64,000 bases of DNA from Klebsormidium nitens (Eukaryota > Plantae > Klebsormidiophyceae), in the NCBI GenBank assembly GCA_000708835.1, contig DF237339.1:22922-86921 (forward strand), in the 5' to 3' direction. Shown here piece by piece: positions 12,204-25,600 of the stretch (its first letter is position 1; each line of letters opens with the position of its first letter). A program made the position numbers and the translations under genes. The notes under the pieces were generated by a model. That model saw only the letters and a list, made by a program, of their open reading frames with translations, ran no database searches and was not told where the DNA came from.

Positions 12204-14119
12204 TCATCGTCTGTTGGAAAATTTCTCCGCCCTTTTCTGTTGCCGTTCGAGCTTTTCCCGCTTCTTCCTCGTTTTTTCGTCCTCGACATATTCCTGCGAG
12301 AAGTTGTTGTACGTCAACGGCGGTTTTATCTTGGTCTGCCACTGATCATCGGATTACGATTTGCCAAGCAAACGGAAGATTACTCCTCGGGAAAAAGTTG
12401 AGCCTCATTGAGGAAGGATTGCTGGAAAGCTCAGAATAGATGTTGAGAAGTCCAATCGAGCTCAAGTTCCTCACCGGACTTGGCGCCAAGAAGTACGGAT
12501 AGATTATGCCTGTCCACGCTTTATAGAGGGCAAAGGCCGGAATCTGCATCACACAGGAGAAGACCGAGCTTCTTAACATGATTAATAGAAGGGACTCAAG
12601 CTTTGCTGTCAACAAGATACAAGACTGGAAATGACAAGATGTGGGGAGATCAGAGCTCAACAATTTGTAGGCAGAGGTAAAATTCAAGCAGCTCTCCTGG
12701 CAAATCACCAGTTAATGTAAGATACCAATAGGTTCCTTAGTGGCGATTCCTGTTAAAGTCAAGCTGTTTTCAGGAGATGAGGAAGGCGATGGGCCACCAG
12801 ACGAGGCACCATTTTCCATGATGAAAACGAACAACATCGCTTCGTGAGAAGGGGGTAGATAAGAAACGAGAGCTCACCACCAACATGAAGTACCAGAACT
12901 TGTCTGAAAGAATAGAGCCAATTTGTACAAAGGCTAAGACGTAAATGATGTCATGGTAGTACCTGCAAAGGAACCGAGTAGTTATTATCGAACTCTAAAG
13001 GCGTAGTAGCCTTGTTTCAAGCTCATCTTTGCACAGATCAAGTGCATCTAGAAATGGTGTAGAAGAACTTGAATCTGTTCACCAACTAAAAAGTACTACA
13101 AAAGCTGCGGTACTTAGAAACACCGCAAAGTCCTAACAGCCATGTCTGATTTAACCAAACGTACTCAAACAAACCGCAGATTTGGGAATATTTCATTGAA
13201 GCAACATCATAAGTGACTGTGAGATTGAAAACCTGCCTCTCAATAAGGCATCCCTCTCTCTTTCAGGACTTACCCAAGAAGGCCCCCTATGCTCAGATCC
13301 GAACCACCATCCATCAGTTCCCCTCTTTCATCGAAAGTAGGGGCTGCCGCGTAAGCTATTGCCTGATAGCAGTAGTAGTAAGCGAATGACGAAAGGGCAA
13401 AGGCGAGCCAGATTTTCCAGCTGGTGGATGAGTAGAAGGCCACCAGCCGCACCAGGATGAAAGCAACCTGAAAAGGACGGCAAAGTGAGTGTTTCCAGCT
13501 GGGTTTCCAGCTTATAATTCAGCTCTAGTATCAAGTATGCTCTTGCGATATTCTTGACAACAAGGTTTTCCAGACGCTCCTGAACTTCTGTGAGCACAAA
13601 AAAAAGAGACGTCTGAAAAAGAGACGTCTTCAGAATTTCCAAATCATGAATTTTGACCAAAAACAACAGTAATTTGCTTTGAGGGGAGAGCACTGGGCAC
13701 GAATGTCCAGCTTCCGTGGAGCAGACTGCCACTTCTAACAAAATTTCGTCTTTGTCAGTGGGTCAGTAGCTGGAAGACATCTGCAGAAAAGTTGACCACA
13801 CCACATTAGGATAGCAGCTTGCTAAAAGGGCCAGGACCTGAAGGTGCTGGTAGTATGCTACAGGAAGTTTGAGTAAGGGTCACCAGCTATCATTCCCCAA
13901 AGACGAGCACACTGTCAAAGTTCTAAAAATGAGTGCCTAGATTCTTCTTTGAGGTGTTTCTAAATGGCGGTCAGAAGCCAGAATTTCGCCCAAAGTCAAA
14001 AGCAAGTACTGCATGCCAAAAGAGAAGCTCCTTACGTTTGCACCACCAATAAGCTGCTGCAACAGCCTTATCCTCCTCTCGTTCTCCTCCTTCCGCTTCT
14101 TTGCCCCCTGATTGGCCAT
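12204..14119 (-). CDS. TMEM208: TMEM208 / SND2 (DUF788) ER membrane protein
   Basis: Exons 14119-14036, 13467-13274, 12962-12878, 12543-12475, 12293-12204 join in phase. MANQGAKKRKEEN start, GELMDGGSDLSIGG, YYHDIIY, KFWYFMLVIPAFALYK, and C-terminal KTRKKREKLER. Confidence 0.93.
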
Positions 14120-17088
14120 CTAGTGCACGGGATTGACACCACCTTTGGTCTAAGATGTACAATCTTCCGCCCAGGGCTCGACCAGCCAAATCCTGATCAC
14201 TGAACCGAGCAAGTCCACATTCCTGCAAATACCAAGATCAGCTTTGCAAAGCTCGCAGGAACAAGAGGACAGCAGAATCAGATGTAAACGCCAATTGCTC
14301 GCATGAGCGCCCTCCACTGCTGAACATGATTTAAGTGCTCATGACATTGAATGCACCAGATATAGCATGATGCAAAACTGGGCTCCTTCAAATTCAAGTT
14401 CTAGAGTTTGCAGTTGGAACTTGGGAGTACCGTACCTATCTGATGTATGTCAAAGCGCTTATACGACCAAAAGTACCTAGGTGATATTCGAATTGCGCTG
14501 GTGCCCGCCAATTTCGCTTAATACGTTCACAGATAATGAGAACGGCATGAAACTCATTGGGACTTTTGTGCAATTGGCTACAAAATGAATTTCACAAGAG
14601 CAGTGAGTTTAGCTTATAGGTATACGCCTAATCCATGCGAATATCTTGAAACCTTGGTGCGCTGGGAGTCTTCATCGTGACTTGTGACTCCACTCTTCAG
14701 TCTTAACTTTTAAGTCTGTCAGTGTCAGCCCTTGGAGAAAATGGCGGCAACCACCCTGCAATGAGGCCTGCAGTCGCTATGAGCTGTTTAGGGGTCCATG
14801 CACTGGCAGCAAGCAGCTTTTCATGAGACAGACGTCTTAAGCAGGACGAAATGATCCAGCAATCTTCTTGTGGTCGATTCTTGCATAGCTCTGTATAGGC
14901 TGGGAGTTGAGAGCGAGTTGTGGCCGATGGAAGGCGAATCAAAGTGGTAAAACTTGGTGTAAGCTGTCGCTCAGCTCTGCTACCAACTTTGAGCAGAGAC
15001 CACACCGTAGTTTGGCTACAGCTAGCTCGGGCCTTGGTGAATGTGGAAACAAGTGCAAATGTAGCAAATTGCCCTTGTCTCTGGCCAGCTTTTCGAAACC
15101 TACTCTATTGAACACGGTGGAGTCAATTACAATCACAAAAGGAGCAGTAGAGCACTTTTTGTCCCTACAAGTGATCCATACCTGGTGAGCAGCCTCTTCC
15201 ATTTCTCCAGGCGTGCTGTTATTCTGATGTGTATCTTGTCTTGCTTGAATCTGCCTCTTGGGTGACAGTATGAGATCCATAATTGTGCCTCGTCGTCTCT
15301 CAAAACACTTTGCCATCTTTGGAAACACGTTTGGTATTCGTAGTTCTACGTGCATTCTGTACCACTGCAGCATTAGTGAGAATATTAGTGTGCAGGTCAG
15401 GCCAAAGAGTTAGGGACAATAAGCATGACTACTCAAAACCAGAATGCTTTTGTTGGTCGAGTGCAGACTATCAACACTTGCCCCATTACATATTTTTGAG
15501 TGTTGTCGTGGCCGTTTCTTGACGTCAATAGCTATCGTCCAGATTGCTGGGGCGTAGCTTATGACATCACTTCAATCTTGAAGCATCTTGAATCCACGTT
15601 TTTAGCCCCAAAGGATCAAGTGGTGATCGTGGCCATTTGGTGACCATCAAGGAAGGTCAAACTCTATCTAATTGACTGTTTCTAAGCAAGGTAGAACGTG
15701 TCGCTTAGTATCCTGCATTGAGTTTCTAACGGGAGCTACGAAACGTGCTCGTCGCTGGCGGTATTATCATTTGGCGCTTGGTTTACATTGATGATGTCAT
15801 ACTGGGGTAGACTCTGAAATGCCATCATTACAATATAGGTGACGCCGCAAGTTCTCCGCCCATTCTGCACCCCAAGCTTTGATGGCTCCTGAGAGCCCTT
15901 GCCCCGAATTGTCTGTCCCCCGCTTCATTGGTCTCCTCACATTATTTGCGCAACCACTTTCTAAAATTACCCTCCGCTGCATGTAGAGTATCGCTTCATA
16001 GACACAAGCTGGAATATGCCGCAAATAACCTGTGTTTAGTAACTTTCCTGTTCGAATCGAGGGAACCTACTCAGCAGGTCCCATTCACTGATAGGCAAAG
16101 ACGGCACAGTCTGCAGAGACCGACAGCTCAAAGAGTCTACTGGAGCTTCTCATACTGGTTGATTATGAAGTGTCGCCTCGTGTCGGCTGATGGGGGTATA
16201 TGGCACCGAGGTTGCTGAAGAATTGAGTTGTGCATTAAGCAGGCTGGCTAACATCAAGCGATTGCGAAATCCCTGCATTGCAAGGGACTCTTTGGCCCCT
16301 TCCTTCCTTACGCCCCCAACTTTTGGGATTTGAGCTTCTGCATGCAAAGCGTTTCAACCGCCCCACTCCTTTCCTCTTGCTTTCCCGGCAACTCAACTGG
16401 AAAATATGGACCGAAGCTGACGCAGCTCTCTCTTGTCACAGGGGCAGCAATCGGGGCAGTCCCGACGGCGCACTACTGCGATAAGCGATGTCAGAGAGAA
16501 GAGACGCTGAGTTTGAGAGGGGGACAGGCGCCAGATAGCAGGCGAGGTTCTGGGGGGGCTGGATTTGCAATGGAGCTGAGAAGCTGCGCCTTTGATGGAA
16601 GGCTATAAACGGCTGGGGAGCGTGGGGAAAGAGCACACTAAGCCCTTCTGGCATCGACAATCTGGCGCGATGATGGGACTTCACCGAGAGGCCTGGGGAA
16701 GGCGGTGCTAGGTGCTGCTGCAGGGGTGAACTCGGGAATTGTGCACCCTCAGGAGGGGGGCACCAGAATAAGGGTGGGCTGATTGGAGCCTTCGTGGGTG
16801 AAAGAACGGCGGACGAAACAAGACGGCAGACAGCGTTTAGCTTCCCCCTCTGCACTCAAAAGACACATTCTTCACCTCTCTCTACACTTTGGTTCAGAAA
16901 TAATCCCTTTCCCTCCTGGTTCGTCATAGCGTACAGAGTCTCCGCACCCGCTTTGTGCCTCTCAAGCTTACACAGGTGTTTCCCCCCTCTCGGGGGGTCC
17001 CAACAAGACGGGCCTGCTGCGCCGGCCCCGGCCGGGCGGGAGGCATCGGGTGATCGCCCTGGGGTTTGCATGGCCTGCTAGCGAGGGG

Positions 17089-18375
17089 ATGGAGGGCCAC
17101 CCCCCGGCCCCCAGGACGAACCTCGGGGAACTGAAGAAGAAGCTGCTGAGCGTGTTGGGCGCGCAGGTCGAGGGGCAGTACTGGGCGCTCCTGCGGGGGT
17201 ACTTTGCGCTGAAGCTCACGCGGAGCGAGCTCGATGTGCTGGTGCCCAAGACGATCGGGCGCGACAACCTGTGGCTGCACAACCGGTTCATCCGCGCGAT
17301 CTACAACAATGCGGTGTGCCGGGAGGCGCCGCCCGAGGAGCGCAAGGGCAAGCGCGGGAAGAAGCCGCCGCCGGTGGCGCTGCCGCCGCTGTCGCGGGAG
17401 GAGTCCGAGGACGAGGTTAAGGAGGTCAAGGCAAACGGGGTTTTGGGGCATGACCGGGGCAGGGCGGCGAGGGTCGGGAAACGGAGCAAAGACAGCAAAC
17501 GGAAGCGGGTGGAAGCGCCCGTATGGGAAGACAAGGCGTCGGTGGTGGAGAGTCGGTTGCACCCGGAGCCGGGCAGGGCGGCGCCGTCCGGGGAGTTTGG
17601 GGGATCCCCCCCGACGCCGATCCTCAAGAAGCGGAGGAAAGACCGGGAGCGGAGACGAGAAACGAAGAGCCCGCTCGGGGACATGGAACTGCCGACGCCC
17701 AAGGTCCCGTTGCAGCAGCCGTTGGCGGAGGATCGAGAGGCGGAAGCAGCTGAGACGCGGGAAGAGGCGGTTGATGACGTCAGCGACGAGGAGGATGTCG
17801 TCATGCTGAGTCGGGAGCCGGTGCGGCCGCCGCTCGGGATCCCGTTCCGGGCGCCGAGCGTCGGGCGGAGTTTGCTGCTGAGGCTGCCGCAGAAGGGAGC
17901 CCCCCGAAACGCGTACAGCGCTTTGGGGGAGTCATACGAGCACTGTTTGGACGGGGGGGAGCTGCCAACACGGCCTGCGCTGCAGAGACGGATGGGTGCG
18001 ATCGCGGCGGCCGGCGGGGGGCTGCAGGGTGTCGCGAGAGAGAGCGTCGAGTTGATGGAGCATGCGCTAGACCAGTACCTGAAGTCGATCCTCGGGACCT
18101 GCGTACAGCTGGCGCGGGCTCGGAGGAAACGGGACAAGGACAAGCGGGTAAAAAGCTTGCAGAGTTCAGGCCCTGTTTCTGGCGGTGTTGTGGGGGCGTT
18201 GCCAGGCGCGGGTCCTGCGTCGAGCGAGGCGACAGGGCCCTGTACAGGTGATCCGGTGATGGAAGAGGACGAGCTGGTCTCGGTCAGAGACCTGATGACC
18301 GCGGTAGAGATTAACCCACAATTGCTCGGTGACGAGCTAGCGATCAATCTTGAACGGATAGCCATGCTACTGTAA
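17089..18375 (+). CDS. ADA1: SAGA complex subunit TADA1/ADA1 (SAGA-Tad1 family), single exon, 428 aa
   Basis: N-terminal domain NLGELKKKL...YWALLRGYFALKLTRSELD...NLWLHNRFIRAI. Histone-fold region ELPTRPALQRRM...GLQGVARESVELMEHALDQYLKSIL. C-terminus VSVRDLMTAVEINPQLLGD. First in-frame ATG is at 17089; the ORF track starts at a GTG at 17050. Confidence 0.88.
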   Translation: MEGHPPAPRTNLGELKKKLLSVLGAQVEGQYWALLRGYFALKLTRSELDVLVPKTIGRDNLWLHNRFIRAIYNNAVCREAPPEERKGKRGKKPPPVALPPLSREESEDEVKEVKANGVLGHDRGRAARVGKRSKDSKRKRVEAPVWEDKASVVESRLHPEPGRAAPSGEFGGSPPTPILKKRRKDRERRRETKSPLGDMELPTPKVPLQQPLAEDREAEAAETREEAVDDVSDEEDVVMLSREPVRPPLGIPFRAPSVGRSLLLRLPQKGAPRNAYSALGESYEHCLDGGELPTRPALQRRMGAIAAAGGGLQGVARESVELMEHALDQYLKSILGTCVQLARARRKRDKDKRVKSLQSSGPVSGGVVGALPGAGPASSEATGPCTGDPVMEEDELVSVRDLMTAVEINPQLLGDELAINLERIAMLL

Positions 18376-19694
18376 AATAGAGATATATCGAGAGGCTACC
18401 ATCCGTGGTCTCATGCAAGGTCAGGTAGAGTCTGCAAGAACGCAGTGCATGGACGGAGGTTCTCTGATCAAGTCGGCCTCAAGGCCGTACACTCCTGCAT
18501 CCTCGCCATGCCCACAATGTTCCTCTTATTGCAATGTTTTGGGGGCTGCTAGTAGCGGTGAGCCGAACAGAAAGGTCTGAATCTATGATATACGCCCCGC
18601 GCGTGTTACATCTGCATGATCAGAAAATCTTATTGAATTCTGAATAATATAGCCGCGCATGTGGGCTGCTTGACCATGGCGGCTGAGTCCACACTTTTTG
18701 TACTGGCGGCCGCCTATTTGCAACTTTGGTACGCGTGGACCGTACATGGTCGAAAAGACAGATCTAGCTGCGTTCACCATCAGCACGCGTATGCGGGAGC
18801 TTAATATAGAGCAATATATAAAACCGTTACGTACAGGGTATAAACCCAATTTCTCACAGTGGACGTCCTCATCGTATACATCACTGAAGCATCGTTCGTG
18901 CACGCGGCTAGTGGAGATTGTTGCCCAAAGTTGATCGATGATTGATTGCATGGCGTGCATCCAGGTGATAGCTTGGTGGGATGTGAGTCCAACCGGGTGT
19001 ATAAAGTCATGCACCGTCGCGGACAAGAATGCGAGCTATGATGATAATTATGTGACGGCGGCCGCTGGTAGTATAGTAGGATGCTGTCCAGCATGCAGTG
19101 CTTATACAGACGGTGACTTCAGTGTGCCGGCCGCTACTCGTAGCGACCATGCAGGCACCATGGCCGCACCTTTCTAAATCCTTTAGTGCATTAACGGATT
19201 ATAGCAGACTTGATTCGACCAAGTCTTCCACACCACGCTACGGTCATCGAAGCGGCCATCCGAAGTCCAATTTGTTCTATTGACTGAGCAATGTGAAAGA
19301 GGCGGTCTATCAACGGGCGAAGCTCGTGCATAAAGATCGACAATGATTGACAACAAGAGACAAGAGGCAGAGCGCGTCAGTGCGGCGGGCGCTGGAATCC
19401 TCGAGCGCCGATCAGAGGGGAGGCACAAGCTTTGGCCAGACGGACAAGCTTTCACTTGCATATTCAAGTTAGATAAGCTGTGCATATGCCTTACTCAACC
19501 TTCGTGACTGCCACGGTGTCGTCAAGCTAACTTTCCTTGTCGGCGCCCAAGTTTAGGGCTCCTTGAGTAGACGATGACTCCTTTCCCTGTCAAGAAAAAC
19601 GGATCACGTCAGCTCGGCATACCTATCTGGATGACTCGTGCGGGCTGGAAGCCTGCTTCGTGCCCAGTCGACGGGGCCGTGAAGTCCGACGAAA

Positions 19695-22600
19695 TCATCC
19701 CGAACGGGTTTTGTTAACCCAATCCATTATGCGGCCTCTGCTCACCTTCCTGTGGTCCGCTAACCAGCCGTTTATTTTGGCCCACATCGCCTCTTCCTGG
19801 CGCTCCTTCTCCGTTGCCACTTTCGCATCCTCGACCGCTTCGCTCCAGTCGAAAAACGAGCGGCTCAGGAGGGACCTGCAGATATCGATTCGGATCATGA
19901 GTCGGTCATCCTAAGTTGTCGTGGAGCAGTTTGGCTGTCTCCACAGCAGGATTCCGGTGCAAAGACCGTTTTCGATGCGAGAACTGTCCTTTGACGTGCT
20001 AGGGTAATGTAAGAGAGGACCGGCCTTCGTCCATTGGCATGGCTTGCCTGGCAGAGAAAAGGCGATTCTAATTGCGAGACGGGAGGAATGTAAGGTATCA
20101 ATCCTCCGGCTTTGCTAATCAAGCACTCATTGGTGGACAAAAGTCGACGTTCCACGAAGACACGCATCGGGGCAGCCAAAGAGATTCCGAAAAAAATTCT
20201 GCTGCTGCTGTAGGCTTACCGATGCGCGAAGCGGTCCGCCAGAGCGGCGTCCGCCACCTCCTTCAGAAGCCGCACGTCGCGCCCCTCCTCCGCGCGCGCG
20301 CGCCAGCCCCTCCAGGCGCGTGCCTGAAGCGAGCGCGCCCGCCACGCGGCCGCGGCTTCGCACCGTTCGCGGCCGGCCGCGACAGCCTGCACATTGTCAA
20401 TTGTGACAAGTCGTTGGTTCAATAATATGATACTTAGAGAGGCAAAGGAACTAGGAGTATGAGAAAGAAGTCGGTGGCAATTGGAAGCGATTGTTCAGCG
20501 GGTGTGACGCTGAAAAGGACTTTCTAGAGAGTATGAGGTCCAATGGAAGACCACTCAGAAGCTCGTAGCTTTGCGGAATGGTTGAGAAACCTGCTGCAAA
20601 ACCATGTTTCCGGCGGAAGCTTTGGATCCCGAGATGGCTGGGTTAAACTTGGCCGATATTGTAAGGACGAATAAGAAAAGCTCAGTTATTTGATTCTCAA
20701 AGCTCCGTGTTCGAAGCACGTTGTACCTACAGAAAGTGATGTCTCGGGATCGAAAGACCTCAAGCAGAAAGGGAACTCGACGTGCGTGCCTGCTGTCCTT
20801 AGATAGCCGCAGAGAAAACAGAGCGACCACGGCAAGTGTTTTACAACAGAAGAAAATGGGAATGTAAAGAAGTGGGGAAAGAACCTTGCCTCCTGCAGGC
20901 AGCGCACCGCGCGCGCCATACTACTCCGGTCGCCCTGCTTGCGCGCTGTGCGCACGAGGCGCCACCACGCAAAAGCGCGCGCGCTCGTGCGCGTACGCCA
21001 GTGGTCACGGGCCGTCTCTAATCGCGCGCACTCTTCGCGCTCGCGCTCATCGCGCGCCGCCTCCAAGTGCGCCCGCCAGGCGTGCCACGTGGCGCGTTGC
21101 AGGGAGCGCTGATGGTGGGCGACGGAGGAGAGGAAGCGTGTCCTGAGTTTTGAAAGAGAGACAGACGAGCTCAATCCGACCGAAAGCCCAGAGAAAAGCT
21201 GCTTAAACGTGAGCAAAGAGACCCAACGAAGTTCAACGCTCGACGAAAGCGAAGCGGCACGCAGGGAAGTCCACGACGAGGCCCTCGGCAATGAATCATT
21301 TCAGGCTCAGTCCATTCGGGTTCTAGACCCTGAATAACACAAGAAAAAAAATGATTTAGCGGGGAATCTAACGGCTCGCCCGCTACATGGGGTTGCTACA
21401 TCGAAAAATACCCGTCTGCTGCTCATTTCGCCAGGGCGAGCCGTGAACACTAGCCCGGAGAGGCCAGATAGCAGCCCTCTTAAAAAGTGTGAAATTATTT
21501 GCTCACCACCACCTATTCCCTGGAGTGACTGTGTATCTAAGGAAAACTACTGTGGTTCTTCATCGAGTTTTTTTTTTCTTAAAATTTGAGGATTTCTTTC
21601 TATTTTGGGAAATATACAACTCCGTTCATGGATGATTACATCTCCTCATGAATGATCGAAAATGTAAACCCTGATCTGGGATTTAATCATCTTTGCTTGG
21701 ACATCGCTGTGGCTCAATAAGAAAGACTCGCAGTCTCTCGCGTGTGTTATCACTGGACGCTCTAGACTACATACCTGGCCACGACGATTACTTCCCGCCA
21801 AGGCCGCCACCCCAAACGGAGCATCACTTGGCGCTTGCAGTGCAGTTTAGCCAGCACCATTTGCTGAGCCGCCAGTTCTTTCCTCTTTAGGGCAGCCTCT
21901 TCAGCCTCCTTTTTTGCGCGCGCGTCCTCCACCTTGCGCGCGAGCGCGGCCGCCCGCTCGAGCCGCTCGGCCTCGAGGCGCAGCCGCTCCGCGGCCGCGT
22001 GCTCCTCCTGCAGACCGAAGGGTTTTAGGGTCTCAAAAAATGAGACGGCAAGATGCAAGATAGTGATTACAGCAGGTCTTTTGCGGGATCAGAAAATGCC
22101 CTTCGGCATACCTCATGTCAGCGTCATTGGTGACAATCGCAGTGGCCAACACCAACCAGGGGCGCCAAGGGCATGCTGGAAAAAAGTTTGGCAAACAGAT
22201 TGCAGCTTTCCGGCCAATCCTGGCGTGCCAGCGCATTGGTGAAGTGCCTTGCATCCGGTTCGAGAATGCCCACGGGTTGATACAGGGGGCTTCAGTAGCA
22301 GGCTAAGTCCTTGCAGAGTCACCGTTTACTCACCTCTTTTCTCTTCTGCGCCTCTTCGTATTTCCGCTTCAGCTCCTCTCGCCGCCGCCGACGCGCGGCC
22401 GCACGCTCCTCCATCTTTTCCACTGGATCACCGTTCACGTTCACCAAAAGATCATCCCCGTCGCGCGCGTCGGCTCCGCGTGCGCCGATATCCGAACCTC
22501 TCCCTAAACTTTCCGGAGGGGCCTGGGCAGAAATCCACCCCCCCTCGGTAAGTTCCATCCTGTCGTCCTCGTCGGTGTGGCGATTGCTCGGTGTAGGGGC

Positions 22601-25600
22601 AGAGAAGGGCTGCCGAGTGTCCGAAGTCTCCTTGTCCTCGGCGCGCACGCGCGCGCGCGCCGGTGCTCTAAGCGAGCTTTCAAAGCTGGGGGTATCGCTT
22701 CGCGCAGCTTCGGATTCTACAGCCTCAGCCAAAGCCGATTCTGTACCCCTCACTAACCCCGTTTGCACAGCAGGGGCAGTTTCCGCCGCCCGCATCCCGT
22801 TTGCACCGGCCCGGTCGTGCCCTTTCGCACCTAATCCCTTCGCCTCATCCCGTCCGGTGTGAAAAGCCCGCTCGTTCCCCTCTACGACGTCCGCATACTC
22901 CGTCAAGTGCACCGGAAACGGACCTTCGCCCGCGTCCGAACCCTCTCGGTACACCACCACTGACTCGGTAGAGACCACACCTGGTCGCAGCAAACCAGTC
23001 GGGGCGGCGTATTCACACCGGTCGCTTCCCCCGGTCGCTTCTGTCGGGCGCAATTCCGGCGGAACGGTGCCCGGGGCGTCGACCTCCCCCGCCCGGTACT
23101 TGCGGTCCTTCCACAGAAGAGACAGGCGAAGCGCGTCCTGCTTACTGAGGAGCGCGCGCATCTTGTGACTGCGCGCAGCGTGCTGGGCTTGGACCTCCTT
23201 CTTGAGGCCTGTGAAGAGACGGACAATAACAATCAAGCAAGACAAGTTGGAGACATTTCAGTGAAGTCTCAAGGGATGAAAAGGTTCCGGAGGCTTGCAA
23301 TTTACGGGCGCGATGCTTCCAGCTTGCTGAAGTTCGCGCGCGCTTTGTGACTGCGCGCACTTTGCTGGGTTGTGACCTCCTTCTGAAGGCCTACGAGTTG
23401 TCGTCTTTCATTGTTAGTGAGCTTGTCCGACGCTGCAGTCAGGATATTACAAACCTCACCCTCTGATCCGCGAGAATGCATACTCAAGACTTGGGCCTTT
23501 GGATTGTTCGCCAAAAGCCGGCGACCTAAAGCCGCCCGTTCACTTTATGGACGCTAAATCAGCGCAATGAAAGTCACTACAATCAGCCCACCAGTGAGAG
23601 GACCGAACGGCAAGCGCCCAAGCAGCAGAGTCTAGTCCGACTAGCCCTCTTTGCTGCCGGCATTTTGCTACAGCGTGCAGATGCAGTACAAACGATATTT
23701 CTAAGATTCAAATCGGATAGTGGATCAACTCACGCTCTTTGCTACCGAAGTCCTGCCAGAGGATGAAGGCCTGCGACAGCAGTCGGAGCCGCCAGTGGTG
23801 GACCGCTCGCTGCCGCTTCGACGCTTCGGCCCGCAGTTCGGCCTCCAGGAGTTCTTTCGCCCTGAGGGAGGGACGTCAGAATCAGTCAGTGACGTCATGC
23901 TAAGGTCAGCAAGTACGGGAGGAGGTAACGTCTTCCGTCAGGAATGAGCAGGTGAACGATCCTCAGAAACATCGGAGATTGGTTGGGCCTCTGATCACGT
24001 CTTTGGCAAAGCTCGCAGCGAATGGAGACTCAAGAGTTTCTGACAAGCCGGCAGCCGTATCTCCCCACAATCTCTTTTTACGTCGTTTGGTTTAGAAGCT
24101 AATCGACCTGGTAGACCAGCGTTCGTAGGATCGATGGAAGTACTGCAACGTATTTTCCCCTTATGTCACCTGAATTTCAGAGACCAGGCCCCCAAAAGTC
24201 GCCGGAAAGAACTCCAGGCACAAAAATCTGGAAGCAGGGATGTAAAGTTTACCTGTCGTCCTTTCCCTTTTGAACTTCTTCCCGCCACGCTCGCCAGAAT
24301 AGCGTCATCCGCCGCCATTGTAGGACGATCTGCATGACGTCAAATTCGTCAGCGGTCCTCCGAGTATCTCCTCAAAACCTCCCTTACAAGAAGTCGAATG
24401 GAGACCTGGTTGGAGGGGAGCAGGAACTAAAAGAACTTTGCAGAGCGGAGAGACTTCGATCTGATTCTGAACCGCAACACAACGACAAAGGACAGGGTGT
24501 TTTCTGCGACAGTGGCAATCAAATCAAGGTCTGCCTTGCACGCACAAGGAGGTGTCATTATCCTTCAACCGGAAGGTTCAAACACAAGTTCTATCCGTCT
24601 GTGCGCCGTTCTTGAAGCATATCGAACGTTTCATTAGAGGCGCTTTTGACAACATTTGCGCGCAGCCGACCACGGCACTCCACTCAGACAAATCTTTATG
24701 CCTCTTGCTTTTAAAACGCAGGCCACTCACCATTGCTCTTTGCAGGGGCGCGCGCGCACTCACGGCCACGGCTCGCCACGTGGACCACGCCAGGCGCAGC
24801 GCGCGCTTGTCTTTGGTCGCGAGCAGCAGCTCCAGAGTGGTTTTGAGCTCTTTGTCGCGGAGGGCCTCCGCCGCCTCTAGTTGCTGTGCGGCCAGCGCGG
24901 TAGCAGCCGCCTCCTCCAAAGCAAGCCTAAACAAGAAGATTCCTTCATGCTTCAAGAATCATACGCGTATAGAACTTCTGACGAATCCCAAGCGCTGAAA
25001 GATCTCAATCAAGCTCAAAGTCCTCGAATCAATGAGACAAGCGTTAAAAGTAGTAAGACGGCCAGCCTAGGAGGGATGGGGAATATTGAAAAGTTCGCGT
25101 GGGTACGTGCGCAGAGCAACTGATCGCTAGGGTGAGAGTGTCAGTGTTGGTTGCGGACTTGCCAGTACCATCCGTAATGGAGGCGTCTTCAAGACCTCCC
25201 ACTTGTGAAACAGATGTCGAAGTGCTGCAACGGTTTAGAATGCTGTAAAAGTTCATACTTTCTCAAGGAAAAGAGGTCCAGCTCCGAGCACCTGGTTTTT
25301 GGCGCTTCGGAGGAAACGTTGTAAGCAAGTCTCAAAGACGTCCGCTTCAGTACAGGGGAACCAATGACAAAGATTTGCGTAGAGCAGCCTGCCGAATACC
25401 GACCCGCTCGCACGAGTTTGCAGCAACGTTGAGGCAAGCAATCCTTGCCGAAAGGGTTTAAGGACGAGAAAGCATTGTGTCTCTTCGCAACCATTTCGCA
25501 GCTACCTGCCCTCTCATCCGTTCGCGGTAGAGCGCTCCTAAAGAAGCGCGCCGAAATGACTTTCACGGTCGGCTCATGCGAAGGAAGAACCAACCCAGCC

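Noticed and set aside
17301-18365. 354-aa antisense ORF and other long shadow ORFs (6012-6512, 40792-41487, 45417-46284)
   Set aside because: These are opposite-strand or alternative-frame shadows of GC-rich coding exons, with low-complexity S/A/R translations.
21300-21700. AT-rich intronic block in CCDC191 with A8/T10 runs as a MITE
   Set aside because: No convincing terminal inverted repeat or TSD could be identified.
22021-22031. GGGTTTTAGGG telomere-like motif
   Set aside because: A single isolated unit inside an intron pyrimidine tract, not an interstitial telomeric array.
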